A DNA stretch of 64,000 nt from Eledone cirrhosa (Eukaryota). The notes under the pieces are model-generated. The model did not search any database and was not told the origin of the DNA. It was given only the letters and a program-made list of their open reading frames with translations. Positions within the stretch are counted from its first letter, which is position 1. Each line of letters begins with the position of its first letter. A program made the position numbers and the translations under genes. Location of the stretch: contig OZ024764.1 of NCBI GenBank assembly GCA_964016885.1, positions 11,594,001 to 11,658,000 of the forward strand, read 5' to 3'. This document shows, piece after piece, positions 56,601 through 64,000 of the stretch.

Positions 56601-57190
56601 TGTTGACTGCAATAGAAAATACAAAAAAGCCAACCCCCATAAAACCATGTAAAACCACACAATAAAATGTTCTTAAATTGAATTAATTTAAATTGAAATT
56701 AAAAATAAATTTTCAAAAATGTCGATATATTAATTCAGAGATTTTTCTATAGCTTTTTGGTTTTGTGGTTTGTCTTAATAATTTTTATACATGTTATACA
56801 CACATTATATAAATTTTATACACATTTTATACACATTTGATATATATATATATTTTATATTTATTTGATATATGTATATATATATATTATATTTACTTCA
56901 TATATATATATATATATATATATGTATTTTATATTTGTTTCATAAATATACATGTATGTATATTATATTTTATATATATATATATATAATATTTACTTTA
57001 TATATATTTATATATATATATATTTATTATATATATATATTTATTATATATATTATATTTACTTTATATATATATTTTATATTTGTTTCATAAATATATA
57101 TTTTATATTTGTTTCATAAATATATATTTATATATCTATATTTTATATATATATATATATATAATAAAAATATATATATATATATATAAT

Positions 57191-57260
<70 letters not shown>

Positions 57261-57551
57261 ATATTTGTTTCATATATATATTTATTTTTAGTTTTTTCAT
57301 TTTAAGTTATTTATTTATTATTGTTCGTTTTGTTAAGATTTTTTTTCCCCTTTTGTGTGAGAGAGATGAGGTGAGAGTGAGGGAGGGGGAGAGAGAGACG
57401 GTGGTAGGGAGGGAGAGAGGAGTGAGTGAGGAAGGGGGAGAAATTTTTAAAATTTAATTTTGGTGGTCGGATTACGATACGTATCGGAAAGATTAATCTG
57501 GGATTTAAACGAAGATTTGGAGAGAAGGACATATTTAAAGTGGTTGTATCG

Positions 57552-57950
57552 GAAGAGGAGGAAGAAGAGAAGAAGGAGACTGATAGAAGAAGAAAAAGAA
57601 GAAAGATAAGAAGAAAGAGAAGAGGAAAAAGAAGAAAAAGAAAAAGAAGATTGATTGAAGAAGAAGAAGAAGAAGAAAGAGATGAAGAGAAAAAAGAAGA
57701 TAAGAAGAAAAAGACTGGAAAAAGAAAAAGAAGGATGATTGAAGAAGAAGAAGAAGAAGAAGAAAGAGATGAAGAAGAAAGGTAAGAAGAAAATGACTGG
57801 AAAAAGAAAAAGAAGACTGATTGAAGAAGAGATGAAGAAGAGAAAAAAGAAGAAAGATAAGAAGAAAAAGAAAAAGAAGACTGATTGAAGAAGAAGAAGA
57901 AAATGAAGAAGAAGAAGAATGATAGAAGAAAAAGAAGATTGATAGAAGCA
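57552..57950. repeat. (GAA)n-rich polypurine tract
   Basis: Direct reading. Confidence 0.92.
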
Positions 57951-58099
57951 GAGGTTATGTGGGATTAAGTTTTATGATAAAATGCCTAATTCCCAGTGGA
58001 TGTTCACTTCTGGAGAAGCAAATTTACTGTAACTGTTGCTAATGCAACTGTTTTGTGTTTGGGAATTTAGAGTCTTGATTCAATGTACTTTGGGTTTAA

Positions 58100-59147
58100 A
58101 CCTTTAGCATTCAAACCGGCCATATCCGGCCAGAATTCTCTCACATCTTCTGTTCAAACCGGTTATAACTGGCCGCTCATACCAACGTTAAAGTAAATAA
58201 ATAATATCAAAAATCACCTAAATTTGATATTATGTGAGATAATTATGTAAGATAAAGCCTTTACTGTGAAAATACAATAGTATATATAGAGTAATGTAAA
58301 TGTTGTATGAGATATTATGTGAGGTAAAGCCTTTACTGTGAAAATACAATAGTATATATAGAGTAATGTAAATGTTATGTGAGATATTATGTAAGGTAAA
58401 GCCTTTACTGTGAAAATACAATAGTATATACAGAGTAATGTAAATGTTATGTGAGGTATTATGTGAGGTAAAGTCTTTACTGTGAAAATACAATATATAT
58501 AGAGTAATGTAAATGTTATGTGAGATATGTGAGGTAAAGCCTTTACTGTGAAAATACAATAGTATATATAGAGTAATGTAAATGTTATGAGATATTATGT
58601 GAGGTAAAGTCTTTACTGTGAAAATACAATAGTATATATAGAGTAATGTAAATGTTATGAGATATTATGTGAGGTAAAGCCTTTACTGTGAAAATACAAT
58701 AGTATATATATAGAGTAATGTAAATGTTATATGAGATATTATGTGAGGTAAAGCCTTTACTGTGAAAATACAATAGTATATATAGAGTAATGTAAATGTT
58801 ATGAGATATTATGTGAGGTAAAGCCTTTACTGTGAAAATACAATAGTATATATATAGAGTAATGTAAATGTTATACGAGATATTATGTGAGGTAAAGCCT
58901 TTACTGTGAAAATACAATAGTATATATAGAGTAATGTAAATGTTATGTGAGGTAAAGTCTTTACTGTGAAAATACAATAGTATATATAGAGTAATGTAAA
59001 TGTTATGTGAGGTATTATGTGAGGTAAAGCCTTTACTGTGAAAATACAATAGTATATATAGAGTAATGTAAATGTTATGTGAGGTATTATGTGAGGTAAA
59101 GCCTTTACTGTGAAAATACAATAGTATATATAGAGTAATGTAAATGT
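58100..59147 (-). mobile_element. piggyBac-type MITE copy with expanded ~72-bp array, distal TIR eroded
   Basis: TTAA-ACCTTTAGCATT...GAATTCTCTCAC then the same array as 41100-41990. Confidence 0.8.
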
Positions 59148-59287
59148 TTTATATATTTATTTTATATATTTATTTATACACACAAACACACTATATATAT
59201 ATGTTAGGTAATTCCGAAGGAAAAGCAAAGGAAAAAAGAGTGCTCTATGTATAGAACAGAGCTATTTAATTTTTAATTAAATATATA

Positions 59288-59645
59288 TCATCATTATCAT
59301 CATCATCACCGTTTTACGTTCGTTCTTCCAGGCTAGCATGGGTTAAATGGGTTGTCCTGTTGTGGGCAGTGTCCGGTCGGCTGACCTTGTCTTGCTCATA
59401 TGGGAGATATATATATACATCATCATCATCATCATTTAACGTCTATCTTCCACGCTAGCATGGGTTAGACAGGAATTGTCCCATTTGAGGTAAGATTGGT
59501 CGGCTGACCATGTCTCGCTCGTATAGGACTATCTGGCAGGTTTTCTACGGTTGGATGCCCTTCCTAACACCAACCACGTTTACAGTGTGGACTGGGAGCT
59601 TTTTAGCGTGTTAGCTACACGGCCACATTACAGCATGGACTGTTT
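59288..59645 (-). mobile_element. Two RTE-related 3' tails in tandem
   Basis: Two (TCA)n tails each followed by ..CCA.GCTAGCATGGGTTA.. Confidence 0.8.
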
Positions 59646-59857
59646 TTTTTTGTTTGTTTGTTTTTTCCTTATTTTTTTTAGTTTCCTTTTTTTTTAGTTT
59701 CCTTTTTTTTAATATATAATATATATATATGTATATATATTATGTATATATATGTGAGTGAGTATTATATGGATAAATGCTACCAGGAAAAAAACAGCAA
59801 AAACTTGGCAAGAAGAAATGGATAGATGAAGACTTTATGTAATCTATCTTATTATGT

Positions 59858-59992
59858 AACGTCCCTTTATGATCTGAGTTGAAATCCCGCCGAGGTTAAC
59901 TTTGCCTTTCATCCTTACGGGGTCGATAAAATAAAGTACCAGTAATGTACTGGGTAATTGCTGGCCTTGTGCAAAAAATAGAAACAATTATG
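59858..59992 (+). mobile_element. SINE family 1, 5'-truncated
   Basis: Body and tail motifs. Confidence 0.85.
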
Positions 59993-60074
59993 TAACATAT
60001 GTTTCTGCAACATTACATAACAGCCTACATCTGTTGACTACATTGTTATTTATCTTCTCGTGTGCGTGTACTCA

Positions 60075-60130
<56 letters not shown>

Positions 60131-60245
60131 TCATCATTTTGCGTCTGCTTTTCCCTGCTTGCAAGGGTGGGATGGGTCTCATCCATATATTTATATAGCC
60201 CTTGAAATATAGATTTCTATATTATGACTCAAGAAGGTGCATAAT

Positions 60246-60287
<42 letters not shown>

Positions 60288-60329
60288 TTCGAAATATTAA
60301 CAAAAATAGAACTTCATTATGATCAAGTA

Positions 60330-60396
60330 TATTTTATTATACATATTTCAGAGGTACTGAGCTAACTTCAACAGTACGTCCTCATCAGATAAAATA
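60330..60396 (-). ncRNA. Minimal type-I hammerhead ribozyme motif (left arm)
   Basis: Exact reverse complement of 60497-60563. Confidence 0.8.
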
Positions 60397-60496
60397 AGAT
60401 GATGCATGACATACCCTGACATAGTAGATGGTTAAGATCCAGTCATGGTAGTGGATCTTAACCATCTACTATGTCAGAGTATGTCATGCATCATCT

Positions 60497-60563
60497 TATT
60501 TTATCTGATGAGGACGTACTGTTGAAGTTAGCTCAGTACCTCTGAAATATGTATAATAAAATA
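60497..60563 (+). ncRNA. Minimal type-I hammerhead ribozyme motif (right arm)
   Basis: TATTTTAT-CTGATGA-GGACGTACTG/TTGAAGTTAGCT/CAGTACCTCT-GAAA-TATGTA-TA-ATAAAATA. Confidence 0.8.
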
Positions 60564-60697
60564 TACTTGATCACAAGAATGTCTATTTTTGTTAATATTT
60601 TGAATGAATATTAATAACTCCAGAAAACCATACTGTTGAGTGCTTCCAATCTATTGTGAAACTAATTCTTTGATTTATTCATTGAACCTTGTTTAAC

Positions 60698-60756
<59 letters not shown>

Positions 60757-60890
60757 GAAGGATTGAATGCCTTATAACTGTACAATTGTTTCAATGCAGA
60801 GGTATATATATTCAAAACTATGAACAAGTATTTCTACATTGAAATATATATACAATTCTGGTGCATTCATTCCCTAATTACTCATGTGTG

Positions 60891-60923
<33 letters not shown>

Positions 60924-60950
60924 CTGTGTGTGTGTATATATATATGTGTG

Positions 60951-60981
<31 letters not shown>

Positions 60982-61107
60982 ATATATATGTGTGTATATA
61001 TATATATGTGTGTGTGTATATATATATATATATGTGTGTGTTTCATATTTGGATATGTGTATATATTTATAGATATGAATGTAAATGTGTTTGTTTTATA
61101 TATATTA

Positions 61108-61208
61108 TAGGTTGTTCCCCAAAAATGTAAACACATTTTGATTACTCGTACAGGCAATATTTATTAGAATTCTGTTGAAGTATGATTACATTTTTTTGGG
61201 ACACCCTT
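61108..61208. mobile_element. Degenerate Tc1/mariner-like MITE (~100 bp)
   Basis: TA-flanked imperfect TIRs AGGTTGTTCCCCAAAAATGTAA / TTACATTTTTTTGGGACACCCT resembling CAGGGTGTCCC termini. Confidence 0.5.
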
Positions 61209-61219
61209 TATATATATGA

Positions 61220-61270
<51 letters not shown>

Positions 61271-61285
61271 GAATGTATTTATTTA

Positions 61286-61336
<51 letters not shown>

Positions 61337-61498
61337 ATATATGTTTGTCTATTTAGTATATATATGTGTGTGTATGTATGTATATTTAGTATATATCTAT
61401 GTATATTATATATGAATGTATATATATCTATATTATATATGAATGTATTTATTTATATATGTATATATATATATATTATATATGAATGTATTTATTTA

Positions 61499-61554
<56 letters not shown>

Positions 61555-61648
61555 TATTTAGTATATATATGTGTGTGTATGTATGTATATTTAGTATATA
61601 TATATGTATATTATATATGAATGTATATATATATATTATATATGAATG

Positions 61649-61704
<56 letters not shown>

Positions 61705-62253
61705 TGTCTATTTAGTATATATATGTGTGTGTATGTATGTATATTTAGTATATATATATATATATGTGTAGTTATAAATGTAATATGTACACATTTTAAA
61801 AGCATGGGGGTCTATCTTTGAATAACACCAACAAAATTTCTCTTTTCATCCGGCTACATCCCCACTACCCTCCCCCCCTAACACCCCACTACCCTCCCCC
61901 CTAACACCCCACCACCCTCTCCCCCCTTACACCTCACACATCCCCTTCCAACCATAACATATCCATTCTATAATTACCAAAGCACTATACACTGTCATAT
62001 TCTCTCATAGATTTACCATTTCAATATCTTTGAGACTGTTTCCATATATATTTCTATATAATTCTATCAATGTGTTTTCATGAAAGAAAAATTTGTATTC
62101 TCTCTTTTATTCTCTTATTCTCAAAATTGGTTATTCTTTCATTCTTTTATTCTTCTATTCTTTATATAGTCTTTTAGGTTCCACTGTTATGCTGCTATGT
62201 TTTTGGTGGTGGTGTGGTGGTGTTGTTGTGATAGTTGTTTTTGTTGTATTTAA

Positions 62254-63205
62254 CCCTTCAGCATTTAAACCAGCCACATCCGGCCAGAATTCTCTCACCT
62301 CATCCAGTTTAAACTGGCTGTAACTGGCCACTGATATTGGTGATAACTCTATAGTATTTAAACCAGCCGTATCTGGTTAGAATTCTCTCACCTCATCCTG
62401 TTTGAACTGGTTGTAACTGGCCACTGATATTGGTGATAACCCTCTAGTATTTAAACCAGCCGTATCTGGTTAGAATTCTCTCACCTCATCCTGTTTAAAC
62501 TGGCTATAACTGGCCACTGATTCTGGTGATAACCCTCTAGTATTTAAACCAGCCGTATCTGGTTAGAATTCTCTCACCTCATCCTGTTTAAACTGGCTAT
62601 AACTGGCCACTGATACTGGTGATAACCCTCTAGTATTTAAACCAGCCGTATCTGGTTAGAATTCTCTCACCTCATCCTGTTTAAACTGGCTATAACTGGC
62701 CACTGATACTGGTGATAACCCTCTAGTATTTAAACCAGCCGTATCTGGTTAGAATTCTCTCACCTCATCCTGTTTAAACTGGCTGTAACTGGCCACTGAT
62801 ATTGGTGATAACCCTCTAGTATTTAAACCAGCCGTATCTGGTTAGAATTCTCTCACCTCATCCTGTTTAAACTGGCTATAACTGGCCACTGATATTGGTG
62901 ATAACCCTCTAGTATTTAAACCAGCCGTATCTGGTTAGAATTCTCTCACCTCATCCTGTTTAAACTGGCTGTGACTGGCCACTGATATTGGTGATAACCC
63001 TCTAGTATTTAAACCAGCCGTATCTGGTTAGAATTCTCTCACCTCATCCTGTTTAAACTGGCTGTGACTGGCCACTGATACTGGTGATAACCCTCTAGTA
63101 TTTAAACCAGCCGTATCTGGTTAGAATTCTCTCACCTCATCCTGTTTGAACTGGCTGTGACTGGCCACTGATATTGGTGATAACCCTCTAGTATTTAAAC
63201 CAGCC
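62254..63205 (-). repeat. 93-bp tandem array (10 units plus partial) from the other end of the piggyBac-type MITE
   Basis: Starts TTAA-CCCTTCAGCATTTAAACC; unit starts 62254, 62347, 62440, 62533...63184. Confidence 0.9.
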
Positions 63206-63212
63206 AGCTCAT

Positions 63213-63930
63213 ATGCTTTGTGGCATAGTTACGTCCCTTTATGGTCTGAGTTCAAATCCCGCCGAGGTTAACTTTACCTTTCATCCTTACCGGGTCAATA
63301 AAATAAAGTACCAGTAATGCACTGGGATAATTGCTGGCCTTGTACCAAAAGTAGAAACAATTATGAGATAAAATAAAGTACCAGTAATACACTGGAGTAA
63401 TTGCTGGCCTTGTGCCAAAAGTAGAAACAATTGAGATAAAATAAAGTACCAGTAATACACTGGGGTAATTGCTGGCCTTGTGCCAAAAGTAGAAACAGTT
63501 ATGAGATAAAATAAAGTACCAGTAATACACTGGGGTAATTGCTGGCCTTGTGCCAAAAGTAGAAACAATTATGAGATAAAATAAAGTACCAGTAATACAC
63601 TGGAGTAATTGCTGGCCTTGTGCCAAAAGTAGAAACAATTGAGATAAAATAAAGTACCAGTAATACACTGGGATAATTGCTGGCATTGTGCCAAAAGTAG
63701 AAACAGTTACGAGATAAAATAAAGTACCAGTAATACACTGGGGTAATTGCTGGCCTTGTGCCAAAAGTAGAAACAGTTATGAGATAAAATAAAGTACCAG
63801 TATTACACTGGGGTAATTGCTGGCCTTGTGCCAAACGTAGAAACAATTATTTCAGGGTGGATAAAATAAAGTACCAGTAATACACTGGGGGTAATTGCTG
63901 GCCTTGTGCCAAAAGTAGAAACAATTATGA
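63213..63930 (+). mobile_element. SINE family 1 with its 3' ~70 bp tandemly repeated 9 times
   Basis: B box at ~63248; units ATAAAATAAAGTACC at 63298, 63368, 63436, 63506, 63576, 63644, 63714, 63784, 63861. Confidence 0.9.
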
Positions 63931-64000
63931 TTTACTTTACAACTTATTGTAAAATTAAATGCATTAAGCCAGCGCTTGTTTGACTAAATTATGTTTATTG

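Larger units (their letters stand above)
60281..60611. repeat. ~330-bp palindrome (~160-bp arms, 10-nt loop) in a (TA)n-flanked Penelope-pLTR-like element (~60281-60700)
   Basis: Arms 60281-60441 and 60452-60611 are reverse complements with few mismatches. Confidence 0.93.

Noticed and set aside
55295-57785. Pro/His/Thr-rich 456-aa ORF and Glu/Arg/Lys-rich 119-aa ORF
   Set aside because: Low-complexity (CAC)n and (GAA)n tracts; the first starts inside an antisense RTE fragment; a UTR exon near 57440-57780 cannot be excluded but is unsupported
60775-60875. Minus-strand GAAA-CAATTG-TA half hammerhead
   Set aside because: No CTGANGA on the other side of the putative stem II

Overview
Eukaryotic, gene-poor and extremely repeat-rich DNA; the microsatellite load and SINE/LINE content resemble a cephalopod (octopus-like) genome, which is an inference. 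Almost all ORFs in the six-frame track are artefacts of (TA)n/(CA)n/(GTG)n/(TATC)n microsatellites. Real protein-coding signal comes from non-LTR retrotransposons: one 5'-truncated but uninterrupted RTE-clade ORF (RT with an embedded PHD finger, 45690-47901), several decayed RTE copies and a CR1-type 3' end. The window also holds three SINE families, a piggyBac-type (TTAA/CCC) MITE and a small Tc1/mariner-like MITE. Two things stand out. First, a dispersed family of short (TA)n-embedded elements carries minimal type-I hammerhead ribozymes (six motifs at five loci) with covarying stem II, a conserved stem-II position-4 mismatch and a palindromic stem III; one locus is a ~330-bp palindrome with two opposed hammerheads, reminiscent of Penelope pLTRs or retrozymes. 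Second, most large minisatellites here (54, 58, 61, 70, 72, 77, 93, 129 bp) are in-situ tandem amplifications of an internal piece of a recognisable transposon. A minus-strand spliced host transcript is possible but unproven.
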